Part shown: positions 10,478 to 19,453 of the stretch, one piece after another
Layout of the letters: each line of letters starts with the position of its first letter
Position numbering within the stretch: the first letter of the stretch is position 1
Source: a virus
DNA: 64,000 nt
Strand: one strand, 5' to 3'
IMG/VR virus record: IMGVR_UViG_3300023179_000053
Span: 1 to 64,000 of that record
The notes under the pieces: generated by a model
Seen by the model: only the letters and a program-made list of their open reading frames with translations
Databases searched by the model: none
What the model was told of the DNA's origin: nothing
Made by a program: the position numbers and the translations under genes

Positions 10478-10657
10478 ATGGCAAATTTGATAATCTACAT
10501 TGTTTACATGGTTTTAAACGCATTTTTGTTCAAAACTGCGGTGGAGTGGGGTTGGGATCACAATATCGGGTGGGGAGCATCTTTGATTCTATCACTGATC
10601 TCTAGCTCTTTTGTAATTCTGCACAGATATCGCAATGTACCCTCAAAATCAAATTGA
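10478..10657 (+). CDS. Small two-TM membrane protein
   Basis: Two hydrophobic segments; TATACT 6 nt before the ATG at 10478. Confidence 0.55.
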   Translation: MANLIIYIVYMVLNAFLFKTAVEWGWDHNIGWGASLILSLISSSFVILHRYRNVPSKSN

Positions 10658-11042
10658 TTTTTCTTATTTAAAGAATAAAAAAGTTTTATTATTAAGTGAC
10701 ACCGGTAATCCGTATCCTTATATTATTTCTTTCTTAAAAGAATTAAAAGATTCAGATGTGTACATATATATATGCCCAGCTACAACTTCTAGATTTGTAA
10801 AAATTTGGATTAAATTTACTTTAAACAAAAAAGCACAAATTATAAAAGATAAACACTATAAAATATTCTTTACAGATGAAATTAATAGTTATGAGGTTTG
10901 TATGATTTTTGGTAAAACAAAAAATCCAGATAGAAGCTTGCTAAGAAGAGTTCTTCGGAATATGCTATTATCCTACCAGAATATTACGGTAGTAACAGAA
11001 AGCGGAATTGACTGTGATGAGAATTATACCCTACAGCGGTGA
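10635..11042 (+). CDS. Hypothetical protein
   Basis: ORF in a tightly packed operon. Confidence 0.55.
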   Translation: MYPQNQIDFSYLKNKKVLLLSDTGNPYPYIISFLKELKDSDVYIYICPATTSRFVKIWIKFTLNKKAQIIKDKHYKIFFTDEINSYEVCMIFGKTKNPDRSLLRRVLRNMLLSYQNITVVTESGIDCDENYTLQR

Positions 11043-11262
11043 TCAAAATCTTGAAGACATTGAAAGTTTATCAATCATAATAAAAGCTGTACCGTTTGAA
11101 GATTCTTATGTACCAGCATTTTTCATACAAAGCCCGGAAGAAGATTATCCAATGTCGTTAGATGAAATGAATTGTTTAATGGATGGTGTAGAAATAGCCA
11201 AAAGAGCTTGTGATAACATTATTGCGTTTATATTAAAAAACAATTTGGATGAAGATGATTAA
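11017..11262 (+). CDS. Hypothetical protein
   Basis: ORF in operon; ATG at 11017 preferred over TTG at 11008. Confidence 0.55.
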   Translation: MRIIPYSGDQNLEDIESLSIIIKAVPFEDSYVPAFFIQSPEEDYPMSLDEMNCLMDGVEIAKRACDNIIAFILKNNLDEDD

Positions 11263-11578
11263 TAAATACAGCGCTCTAGTAAATCAAGGTCATATTCTTG
11301 GTGGAAAAATTAAAGATTTTCCATATCCAGAAAAAATATGCCCATTTTGTTTTACTAAGCTTATAGTTGCTCAAGCTATTCACTTAACAACAGATAAATA
11401 TCAATACAAAGCACTGTATTTAGATCCCAACCCGGATTGCCCTGTTTATGAAGAAAAAGTTAGAAAAGCTTATGCCAAGATATATTATTCATCTGATGAC
11501 GCTTATGCAGCATTTTACGATGTAAGTATGCCAGTCTATAGATGGGAGCAAGAAGATCTGGTCAGCTACTATAAGTAG
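11249..11578 (+). CDS. Hypothetical protein with CxxC
   Basis: ORF in operon; CPFC. Confidence 0.55.
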   Translation: MKMINKYSALVNQGHILGGKIKDFPYPEKICPFCFTKLIVAQAIHLTTDKYQYKALYLDPNPDCPVYEEKVRKAYAKIYYSSDDAYAAFYDVSMPVYRWEQEDLVSYYK

Positions 11579-11596
11579 TGGTACAATATAATAACT

Positions 11597-12616
11597 ATGC
11601 CAGTAGGTCCATGCTCATCAAACGGTAAACCCGGATTTAAATGGGGAGATGAGGGTAAGTGCTATACCTATACAGAAGGCGATAGGGCATCAATGGATGC
11701 AGCAAAAAAGAAAGCAAATGCTCAAGGTGTTGCTGCAAGAATGGCTGGCTACATGGAAAAAGAAAATACAGTAACTGCTGGCTCGATGGAATCAGGTATT
11801 AAAAATCCACAGCAAGGCTATGGTAAACCTAAAAAAAAGAAAAAGAAGCCTGCAATTATTGAAGAAGTTCAAAAAGGTCTAAAACAATGGTTTGGGGAAA
11901 GATGGGTTGATATTTCTAGACCAAAAGAAGGCGGGGGTTACGAGCCTTGTGGTAGAAGAGATGCCGGTGAAGGTAAGTATCCAAAGTGTGTTCCCGCCTC
12001 AGTAGCAGCAAAAATGACACCGGCACAAAGAAGATCTGCTATTAATAGAAAACGTAGGGCAGAGTCTTCTAAAACAAGACAAGATAAAAAACCAATTAAT
12101 GTTGATACATTTAAAAAAGAAATTATGAATGTTCCAACAAATCCATCTTTATATGCAAGAGTAAAAGCAGAAGCTAAAAGAAAGTTTTCAGTATATCCAT
12201 CTGCATATGCAAATGCATGGTTGGTGAGAGAATATAAAAGACGTGGTGGTGGTTATAAACAAGTAAATAAATATTTAAATAATGATTTAACTTTTGATAT
12301 TAGAAAAATTGCTGAAGATTTAGATCAACAAGAAGCACTGCTTGCAGAAATGTTGATTTTTATAACATCTCAGTATGGTAAATTTAATGAAGACGATACC
12401 GGTGTCTGGGCTGGCTATGACCCAGCAGACGACAACGATGAAGCCGAAATTGGCGTAAAGTGTGCAAACTGTGTATTATATCAAGGGGGCTCTGTCTGTA
12501 AAATTATAGAAAGAGCCGTAGAGCCCGAAGGTAAATGCAGATTTGCTATAATACCCGATGGGGTTGTCAACATGGAAATGGAAGATGACTCCGAGGACAA
12601 AAAGGAGGATGAATAA
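11597..12616 (+). CDS. Multi-domain basic protein, likely internal head protein, with a C-terminal HiPIP-like Cys domain
   Basis: Several small modules: GFKWG..GKCY; WF.E.WVD..CGR..YPKCVP; LYARVKAEAKRKF.VYPSAYAN; CANC..C..V.P.GKC. Confidence 0.7.
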   Translation: MPVGPCSSNGKPGFKWGDEGKCYTYTEGDRASMDAAKKKANAQGVAARMAGYMEKENTVTAGSMESGIKNPQQGYGKPKKKKKKPAIIEEVQKGLKQWFGERWVDISRPKEGGGYEPCGRRDAGEGKYPKCVPASVAAKMTPAQRRSAINRKRRAESSKTRQDKKPINVDTFKKEIMNVPTNPSLYARVKAEAKRKFSVYPSAYANAWLVREYKRRGGGYKQVNKYLNNDLTFDIRKIAEDLDQQEALLAEMLIFITSQYGKFNEDDTGVWAGYDPADDNDEAEIGVKCANCVLYQGGSVCKIIERAVEPEGKCRFAIIPDGVVNMEMEDDSEDKKEDE

Positions 12617-12975
12617 TGAAATTCGTTAATATCCCTGTTGATAATGCAGAGAAAATGGTTGACCAGCACAAGTTTCTTTTAAAGGAAGCTCTTCGTGCAG
12701 CAGCCTACCATCAAGAGCAGATTGATGTTCTTTCTAAAGCGGTAAAAGATGTTACCTTTATGCTTACAGAAAGTTCTCAGTCACTACCAGGCTCAGATAC
12801 TGGGAGCACTGGGCAGCCAGCCTCTTCTGCCCCACAAGCAAAAGAAGTTGATGGCGATGGTCAGCCAGAATCTGTTAAAAAAGATTTAGTTCAATCGCTT
12901 AAACAACATGAAGATAAGCATGGCAAATTTGACATTGATGTTGAAACAATTGCTGATTTCTTAATGGCAAAGTAA
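12616..12975 (+). CDS. Hypothetical protein
   Basis: SD AGGAGG; coupled TAATG. Confidence 0.65.
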   Translation: MKFVNIPVDNAEKMVDQHKFLLKEALRAAAYHQEQIDVLSKAVKDVTFMLTESSQSLPGSDTGSTGQPASSAPQAKEVDGDGQPESVKKDLVQSLKQHEDKHGKFDIDVETIADFLMAK

Positions 12976-13214
12976 TGGAAGCAATTCTTGTTGCTGTAGT
13001 GACAGCTGTTGGTGGAATTTTAGCAGTGCTTGTTCAAAAAAGTAGAACTGAAAATCAAGAAGATCATGGTAAGGTTATGGAAAAGCTTATTGATCTTCAT
13101 ACAGATGTTCGTAATGTAGAGTTTGAAGTAAATAGCATTGATGCAAAACTTGATCAACACCTTTTACTTGATCACACAACAACAAAAGTAAAAGAAAAGT
13201 CAAAAAAGAAATAA
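12975..13214 (+). CDS. Single-TM coiled-coil membrane protein (holin-associated type)
   Basis: N-terminal TM segment, then a coiled coil ending KLDQH. Confidence 0.6.
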   Translation: MEAILVAVVTAVGGILAVLVQKSRTENQEDHGKVMEKLIDLHTDVRNVEFEVNSIDAKLDQHLLLDHTTTKVKEKSKKK

Positions 13215-13346
13215 AGCTTAGGCAATCAATTCTTGGCTGTAAATATTCTTAATAGTTATATACGGTGCAGGGGTTGGTTGCCACTTTATTTTTAAATTGT
13301 TTCGGTATTTCTAAATACTATTTAGAAAATGTGCTAATGTTTTTGC

Positions 13347-13823
13347 ATGAACGAAAACATTGAAACAGAAAACGAGCAAGAAAGCCAATATAAAATTCCT
13401 TTCAGTGAGCTCGAAAAAATGTATGACACTTTTATTGCAAAAATAGATCTGTCTATCCCCGATATGGAAAGAACTGCTGGCGCTGTTTTTTATGGTTATC
13501 ATAAAAGCTGGGCATTGCCAAAAATTGTTACCTATTACAATGTAAATAAAGATCTTGCAGCAAATGCTTGGTCTTTGTTTGGATTTAAAGAGAAAGGAGG
13601 TAGCAAGGTGAATAAGACACGTTCAAAGAAAGAAGTTATTGCAACTTATTTAAAGCAGAATGTTGGTCAAATTGTCACACCGGCAAAAGTTTCGCAGGAT
13701 GTGCAAATTTCTCTTCCAACATTTTATAACTTCTATAATGCCAACAGGCATTTCTTTAGAAAGACAGGTAGAGGGCAGTTTGAAATCCTCAATCCTGAAA
13801 TAGAAAGAGCAAAAGAAGGCTGA
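13347..13823 (+). CDS. Putative winged-HTH DNA-binding protein
   Basis: C-terminal TPAKVSQDVQISLPTFYNF...GRGQF. Confidence 0.55.
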   Translation: MNENIETENEQESQYKIPFSELEKMYDTFIAKIDLSIPDMERTAGAVFYGYHKSWALPKIVTYYNVNKDLAANAWSLFGFKEKGGSKVNKTRSKKEVIATYLKQNVGQIVTPAKVSQDVQISLPTFYNFYNANRHFFRKTGRGQFEILNPEIERAKEG

Positions 13824-13824
13824 C

Positions 13825-14439
13825 ATGTTGCTCCCAGATGATTGTGTAACTAAAGGTACTAATTCCCTTCCTATTTACAATCCTGAAAAACCAATCAGCT
13901 GGGAGCACGCAGCTAGAAGTGCTGCAAATCATATATGGATAATGTATGATTTTAATTCTCAATATATTTTTGCTAATAAACAATTATTCATTCAAAATAA
14001 TAAATCGGAAATGAATAATTTAAGAAATATAATTGATAAATATATCACATCAGATATATATCTTGAAAAGATTAGCATTGATGAAAAAAAAGATTTATAC
14101 CATCATTTTTCATTATGGATGGCTATTTCGCATAATGCAATTAGTGCAATTAAAAATATTTTACATAAAAATATTGATATCAATGAAGTTGTTGATACTG
14201 TAATTAAAAAACAAAAAGATTATGGTCATAAAAATATTGCAATGTTTGCAATTACTGGTTTAGTTATTAGAATACATGACAAGATTGCACGAGCGGAAAA
14301 TATTCTTGCAAAAAAAAATATGGAAAACGCTGTTCCGGGAGAAAGTTTGTATGATACATTTTTAGATATGATTGGATATTCTATTATTGCTTTAATGTGG
14401 TTGGAGGGAACTTTTATGCTTGAATTGGAGAACAAATGA
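13825..14439 (+). CDS. Nucleotide-modification-associated domain protein (DUF1599-like)
   Basis: KKQKDYG...IRIHDKIAR.EN...ESLYDT.LDMIGY. Confidence 0.75.
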   Translation: MLLPDDCVTKGTNSLPIYNPEKPISWEHAARSAANHIWIMYDFNSQYIFANKQLFIQNNKSEMNNLRNIIDKYITSDIYLEKISIDEKKDLYHHFSLWMAISHNAISAIKNILHKNIDINEVVDTVIKKQKDYGHKNIAMFAITGLVIRIHDKIARAENILAKKNMENAVPGESLYDTFLDMIGYSIIALMWLEGTFMLELENK

Positions 14440-14840
14440 AAAAGCCATTACATAAACATATTCTTATAAGAGGCTACTGCAACAACCCGCCAAAAGATGG
14501 TCAGATTGTATATTACTGGTTAAAAGAATTTGTTGAAAAAATTGGAATGAAAATTATCCGTGGTCCATTCTCAGCCTATATTGATGCAGAAGGCAATCGT
14601 GGAATGACAGCAACAGTAATGATTGAAACATCGCATATTGCATTTCATGTCTGGGATGAATCAGATCCATCACTTGTTCAATTTGATTTATACACATGTT
14701 CAGAATTAAATACATCTGTTGTATTACAAGAAATCGAGAAATTTTTTAATATGACACAATATGAATATCTTCTTTACGATAGAGAATCTGGGTTTAAACT
14801 AATTGATGGTGGGAGAAAGATCATTGATGACAAAAGCTAA
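14436..14840 (+). CDS. speD: S-adenosylmethionine decarboxylase proenzyme-like
   Basis: G.TA.VMIETSHIAFH.W...FDLYTC; ETSH in place of the canonical ESH self-cleavage site. Confidence 0.75.
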   Translation: MKKPLHKHILIRGYCNNPPKDGQIVYYWLKEFVEKIGMKIIRGPFSAYIDAEGNRGMTATVMIETSHIAFHVWDESDPSLVQFDLYTCSELNTSVVLQEIEKFFNMTQYEYLLYDRESGFKLIDGGRKIIDDKS

Positions 14841-15300
14841 AACTCCACATATTGATCCTTGGATTAATTCGTATGTTCAAATCATCAGAAGAAAAATGAA
14901 TTTAGCGGAATGGAAAATTGCTTTATATCGTAAACCATGTGCAAATGACACTCTTGGTGAATGCGATATAACTTATGGACAGCATCACGCAGTCATTTCA
15001 TTGCATAAAGATTACAAAAAAGAAAAACCGGAAAATCTAAGAAATACAATTGTACATGAATTGCTACATTGTTATTTTTCCCCAATCACAGAAGCTGCAA
15101 TGCAAGCACTGGAGCCTTTTGAGGAAGATGTTCATGGTCGAAAGATTATTCAATCCACTATTAACTCAATAGAATATCAAACAGAAAGGGTTATAGATCG
15201 GCTTTCTTATATTATTGCACCAACAATGCCATTGCCAAAAATACCCAATAAGAAAAAAGAGAAAAAGAAAAAAGTTGTAAAAAAAAATAAGCCCGATTAG
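14827..15300 (+). CDS. Putative zinc metallopeptidase-like protein (HEXXH)
   Basis: TIVHELLH; ATG start MTKAK at 14827. Confidence 0.6.
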   Translation: MTKAKTPHIDPWINSYVQIIRRKMNLAEWKIALYRKPCANDTLGECDITYGQHHAVISLHKDYKKEKPENLRNTIVHELLHCYFSPITEAAMQALEPFEEDVHGRKIIQSTINSIEYQTERVIDRLSYIIAPTMPLPKIPNKKKEKKKKVVKKNKPD

Positions 15301-15327
15301 CTCAGTGGTAGAGCACCTCACTTTTAA
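15291..15327 (+). pseudogene. 5' half of an interrupted tRNA (Thr-UGU or Lys-UUU)
   Basis: GCCCGAT-TA-GCTCAGTGGTAGAGC-A-CCTCA-CTT: acceptor 5' strand, D arm and anticodon 5' strand; pairs with 15848-15885. Confidence 0.85.
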
Positions 15328-15350
15328 ACAATGGTATGCTATAATGGATA

Positions 15351-15755
15351 ATGCCAAAATATCAAAACATGACTTGTATTGTGTGCTCTACTACTAAGTT
15401 ACAAAGCGTAGGTCATAAAAAAGGGACAAATCAATTTTGTTCTAATAAATGCCAACAAATAAAACAAATGATTGACTCCGTTAAAAACGGAACTGCTAGC
15501 TCTAGAACATTAAAAAGATATTTAATCTATACATTTAAAAATATTTGTTATAGATGTAAAAATAAAGAGTGGAATGGTTTATCAATACCGCTTGAGATTG
15601 AACACATTGATGGTAATTCATCAAATAATAATTTAAAAAATTTAATTCTTCTATGCCCAAATTGTCATGCTCAAACACCAACATATAAGGGGGCGAATCG
15701 TGGGAATGGTAGGCATTCAAGAAGAATTCGCTATGCTGAAGGAAAAAGTTATTAA
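15351..15755 (+). CDS. HNH homing endonuclease
   Basis: CxxC and FCSNKC zinc finger; CYRC..LEIEHIDGNSSNN...NLILLCPNCH. Confidence 0.9.
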   Translation: MPKYQNMTCIVCSTTKLQSVGHKKGTNQFCSNKCQQIKQMIDSVKNGTASSRTLKRYLIYTFKNICYRCKNKEWNGLSIPLEIEHIDGNSSNNNLKNLILLCPNCHAQTPTYKGANRGNGRHSRRIRYAEGKSY

Positions 15756-15760
15756 TAAAT

Positions 15761-15833
15761 GCCGTTGAAGCATATTTGGCTATGCACCCGACTTGTAATC
15801 GGGAGATAGTGAGTTCGAATCTCACCAGCGGCT
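15761..15833 (+). tRNA. trnT: tRNA-Thr(UGU)
   Basis: Acceptor GCCGTTG/CAGCGGC; anticodon arm CCCGA-CTTGTAA-TCGGG; T arm GTGAG-TTCGAAT-CTCAC. Confidence 0.9.
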
Positions 15834-15847
15834 CTAAATAGTTGATA

Positions 15848-15885
15848 TAATGAGGTGGTCGCAGGTTCAAGTCCTGCATCGGGCT
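15848..15885 (+). pseudogene. 3' half of the interrupted tRNA
   Basis: TAA-TGAGG-TGGTC-GCAGG-TTCAAGT-CCTGC-ATCGGGC-T is complementary to 15291-15320. Confidence 0.85.
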
Positions 15886-15898
15886 CAAAGAGGTCTAT

Positions 15899-16498
15899 AT
15901 GTTAATGCCAGAAAAAATGAAATCTCATATTAATAAAATTTTTAATGGAGAATATAATGTTCCATTTTATCCAAATGATCCATTAATTATTGTTGATATT
16001 GGAGCAAATGTTGGTGGTTTTATCAGATGGGCGGCTTCAAGATGGGCTGGAAGTACATTTTATGGATTTGAGCCAGTTAAAAGTAATTTTGATATTTTGG
16101 AAAAAAATATTTTAGACATACCTAATGTAAGTTTATATAATGTAGCTGTGGGTTCTTCAGAGCGAACACAAAAAATATTTTATGGCAAAAATAATGAAGG
16201 AGAAGCAAGTTTATTTTTTGGCAAAGAACAGGTAAATGATGGTGAAAATGTAACTATTATTAGCGCAAAGCAAATTCCAAATTGTCATATTTTAAAAATT
16301 GATACCGAAGGTTCAGAAATTGAAATTATAGAAAATTTAATTGTTGAACCATTAGTGTATTTAATTGAATATCATTCAGAAAGTAATAGATTAAGAATTG
16401 ATGAATTATTAAAAAATCAATATTCCCTTGTTGGGTCAAAATCAGAAACATTTAATTATGGTATTGTAAAGTATGCCAAAACAAGGTTGCTAAAATAA
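15899..16498 (+). CDS. FkbM-family methyltransferase
   Basis: VDIGANVG, GFEP, LKIDTEGSE, IEYH. Confidence 0.88.
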   Translation: MLMPEKMKSHINKIFNGEYNVPFYPNDPLIIVDIGANVGGFIRWAASRWAGSTFYGFEPVKSNFDILEKNILDIPNVSLYNVAVGSSERTQKIFYGKNNEGEASLFFGKEQVNDGENVTIISAKQIPNCHILKIDTEGSEIEIIENLIVEPLVYLIEYHSESNRLRIDELLKNQYSLVGSKSETFNYGIVKYAKTRLLK

Positions 16499-16504
16499 AA
16501 TCTA

Positions 16505-16577
16505 TCCCAGATAGCTCAGTTGGCAGAGCGTCGGACTGTTAATCCGTTGGTCGCAGGTTCAAACCCTGCTCTGGGAG
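16505..16577 (+). tRNA. trnN: tRNA-Asn(GUU)
   Basis: TCCCAGA/TCTGGGA acceptor; CGGA-CTGTTAA-TCCG anticodon arm; GGTTCAAA T loop. Confidence 0.93.
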
Positions 16578-16599
16578 CAAAGGGTGGTATAATAACCAT

Positions 16600-17244
16600 A
16601 TGCCTGAGCTGAATGCTTCAATCCCGCCTATTGAATGCTATGTGCGTGGGAACTTTCTAAGAAATCAACAAGACAGTCACAATCTCAAGTTCCCGTGCGT
16701 AATCTTCGGTGTAGCTTCAATCCCCGACAGAGCGCCCGTATTTCATTTTCTAATGGAAGATGGCGGGGTTTGGTGGAGAGCACCTATAAATGCGTTCTGC
16801 GCCCATCCAGACGCTCCAGAGGTAGATTTAAAAGACTTGGTGATGTGGAACAGCTTTTCGTCATATATCACCGTTACGGTCTTTGAGCACATGCGGGGTA
16901 TGGCAATGACATATATTGATCGTCATAAAAATAAAATTGACGGTAAATATATGTTTACCCTTGATTGGCATAGTCCTGATATTAATACAATCAATACGAA
17001 TTATTCCACAAATCCGGGTCAACACAAATGCGGTCATGTAATACAGAGAAAAGATGGGAATTATGCAATCCAACCAAACAACCGGGTTAGATTATGGGAT
17101 CCCTCATACACCACCAAGAAGGGAGAAAACTTAATAAACCGGTTAATTAATCAAACATTATGGGATGTTGAAGATGGGGATAAATGGATCACCTCAGATG
17201 ATGACAGATATGATTATGAAGTGGTGAATAATGATAATAATTAA
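16600..17244 (+). CDS. Conserved phage hypothetical protein
   Basis: 214-aa ORF; TGGTATAAT 6 nt before ATG. Confidence 0.7.
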   Translation: MPELNASIPPIECYVRGNFLRNQQDSHNLKFPCVIFGVASIPDRAPVFHFLMEDGGVWWRAPINAFCAHPDAPEVDLKDLVMWNSFSSYITVTVFEHMRGMAMTYIDRHKNKIDGKYMFTLDWHSPDINTINTNYSTNPGQHKCGHVIQRKDGNYAIQPNNRVRLWDPSYTTKKGENLINRLINQTLWDVEDGDKWITSDDDRYDYEVVNNDNN

Positions 17245-17806
17245 TAATTTTCTTCCTTTAGAAGAGCAGAAGTCTTTGCTTCAATATGTTTTAAGTAGTC
17301 AAATGCCGTATAGGATCTATGAGACCTATCATTTTGAAGAAAATAGTGTAATGAAAGACAAGGTTCATTCACCAAATCAATTTACACACTTCCTTTACAT
17401 GCATGGCGAGGAAAAAGCATCATCACATATTGGCATTTTACGCCCAATTTTTGATGAATTGCAAAAAAGATGCGGGGTAATAACGATGTTTCGTGCAAAA
17501 ATAAATGTAACCTACCCATACCCTCCATTTATGAGCTATCAATCCCAGGTTCCACACACAGATATGGCATATGATGACGGTCGTAAGGTTCCGCACCAGG
17601 TTTTTCTATATTACATAAATGATGCAGATGGTCCAACTTACTTTTATAATGAAAACAACGAGCTTGTAGACGCTATAGAGCCCAAAATGGGGCGAGCTGT
17701 CATCTTTGACGGATCAATATTGCACGCCGGGTCCAATCCGGTCAAATTTCCTCTCCGTTTTGCCCTAAATATCAACTTTCGGAAGGGCAAAGATCAGATT
17801 CCATAG
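17231..17806 (+). CDS. 2OG-Fe(II) oxygenase
   Basis: PHTD, LYYIND.DG.T.F, GRAVIFDG...HAG, R..LNINF. Confidence 0.85.
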   Translation: MIIINNFLPLEEQKSLLQYVLSSQMPYRIYETYHFEENSVMKDKVHSPNQFTHFLYMHGEEKASSHIGILRPIFDELQKRCGVITMFRAKINVTYPYPPFMSYQSQVPHTDMAYDDGRKVPHQVFLYYINDADGPTYFYNENNELVDAIEPKMGRAVIFDGSILHAGSNPVKFPLRFALNINFRKGKDQIP

Positions 17807-17901
17807 GTCGGTGGCGAAAAAAGACGTATACTAACCAGAAATAAGCCAAAAATTAACGGAAATAACCGGTTGATTGTGGCTTAAAGGCTTTAACTGCGCC
17901 G

Positions 17902-18150
17902 TTAATTGCGCCATTGATTGCGCCATTGGGATGGCGAATGGTTGGCTTCAACCTCTTTTTTATGTTCGGTGGTGTAATAAAGGCGTAGAATATGCACGCA
18001 TGGGTCGCCACCGAGCTCAAACTCCTCTTCTTCCTCCCTATTCATGGGTATTCCATCGTGTGTAGAGCATACTGAGGGACCACAAAAACCCTGGTCAATC
18101 CCGATTTTTAGCCATTCGTCAAAATCAATGCCATTTAAATTTTGTTCCAT
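17902..18150 (-). CDS. Hypothetical protein (MEQNLNG...)
   Basis: ORF with TATACT 6 nt upstream of the ATG at 18150; C/H-rich. Confidence 0.6.
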   Translation of the reverse strand: MEQNLNGIDFDEWLKIGIDQGFCGPSVCSTHDGIPMNREEEEEFELGGDPCVHILRLYYTTEHKKEVEANHSPSQWRNQWRN

Positions 18151-18552
18151 GCCACAAGTATACATAACAAATCAATGTCTGCGACATTCTGAAAAGAAAA
18201 TCTTATACCCCGCCCGAATTTATGATCTATCCTTGTGCAAGAAATAATTATTTATATACCTAATCAATATTATTACTCTGTTAAACCGGCATTGTATACA
18301 CTATAAGTGGCGACTCGTCGCTTTAGGACCGTTATAGGGGAGCAGCGCATCGGACATTCGTTCGGTGCGTTGTTCTTTTCTGGCAACTTTTTTCCCCGCC
18401 CGATCTGTGCAAAAATTTGAGTATATATTTTATAAGGGTTAATTAACATTTTTGATATTGAACAATACCTCTGTCTCCCCCGGTCAAACGGGTGTACAAG
18501 CAGCACATAGCTGCCTTGTACACCCGCAAGTGTAGCCGTAATGCGATTCGCA

Positions 18553-18585
18553 GTTGAGTACACTTACTTGGGGTAATAGTAAGTT
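18553..18585 (+). promoter_or_regulatory. Cassette core box, first of 11 copies; putative promoter or protein-binding site
   Basis: Contains inverted ACTTACT-N9-AGTAAGT; ends in a TANNNT hexamer (TAAGTT/TAAGGT/TAGGTT) in all copies, 25-70 nt before SD-led ATGs. Confidence 0.7.
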
Positions 18586-18637
18586 GTTCTTTACCAACCC
18601 CAACCGAAACAGAAGTAGGTGGGAAAGGGGGAACGCA

Positions 18638-18904
18638 ATGTTCCTGTTCAACTATGTAATCGCAGTACGCACCGATGACGGTGTGGAGTTGCCATACCTG
18701 ATCAAGGAGAACGCACCGCACAGTGCGTACTCACTCATCGTGAAACTCATCAACCCAGACGGTTCAGTTGAGCCGAAGCAACAGGTGTTGAGTCTCGAAG
18801 GTATGGAGCGTGGTAAGGACTACTCTCTCTTTGAGAGCTGGGCTGAATACGACAAGGCTCTGACTCTGGAGAAGGTGTTCCGTCGCATGTTCAGCGGTCG
18901 CTAA
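18638..18904 (+). CDS. Cassette 1 hypothetical protein (MFLFNYVIAV...)
   Basis: SD AAGGGGG before ATG 18638; terminator at 18916-18952. Confidence 0.75.
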   Translation: MFLFNYVIAVRTDDGVELPYLIKENAPHSAYSLIVKLINPDGSVEPKQQVLSLEGMERGKDYSLFESWAEYDKALTLEKVFRRMFSGR

Positions 18905-18915
18905 GACGCTGGATA

Positions 18916-18952
18916 GGGGGCGGGGTCGCAAGACCCCGCCCCTTCTTTTTTT
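18916..18952 (+). terminator. Intrinsic terminator of cassette 1; equivalents near 19268, 19782, 20332, 20940, 21443, 21899, 22443, 22950, 23538 and 24115
   Basis: GC-rich stems, mostly with GCAA/GAAA tetraloops, followed by T-tracts after every cassette ORF. Confidence 0.9.
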
Positions 18953-19079
18953 GTTTCGGTGGGCGGGCATGCTGCGTCTAGCCGACTTGCACGCCCACAA
19001 ACACGGTACAAGGTATCTCTCAGTTGAGTACACTTACTTCACCTGATAGTAAGGTGGTTGGCAGAAGGGAGGACTACCA

Positions 19080-19181
19080 ATGGACATCACCGTGTCTATC
19101 AGCGAGTACCTCGGCTACGGTATCACCGTCGCCGTGTTCGGCGCTGTGGTCATCGTGTCGTACCTGCGCAACAAGCGCTAG
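19080..19181 (+). CDS. Cassette 2: 33-aa single-TM peptide MDITVSISEYLGYGITVAVFGAVVIVSYLRNKR (not in ORF track)
   Basis: SD GGGAGG; hydrophobic helix plus basic tail; occupies the ORF slot of the cassette. Confidence 0.75.
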   Translation: MDITVSISEYLGYGITVAVFGAVVIVSYLRNKR

Positions 19182-19453
19182 TCCGTACACAGCAATAAGC
19201 ACCACTGGTCCACTACCCGAAGCATTGCCTTTGGGAGAAGGGAGAGAGATGAGAGTGCTCAGGGTGCGAGGGGGGCGAGCCGAAAGGCTCGCCCCCCTCT
19301 TTTTTTGTCTTTTGCGTGGTGGGCATGCGTGCGCCTAGCCGGCTTGCACGCCACTCCACACGGTGCATAGGTTCACTAGGTTGAGTACACTTACTCGGCG
19401 TGATAGTAAGTTAGTTCTCGTGGTGGCGAGCCAACACGCCAGGGAGGTACACC

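Noticed and set aside
15324-15847. Group I intron in the split tRNA
   Set aside because: The insert is almost wholly HNH ORF plus a tRNA, leaving no room for a catalytic core, and no terminal G gives a valid anticodon loop.
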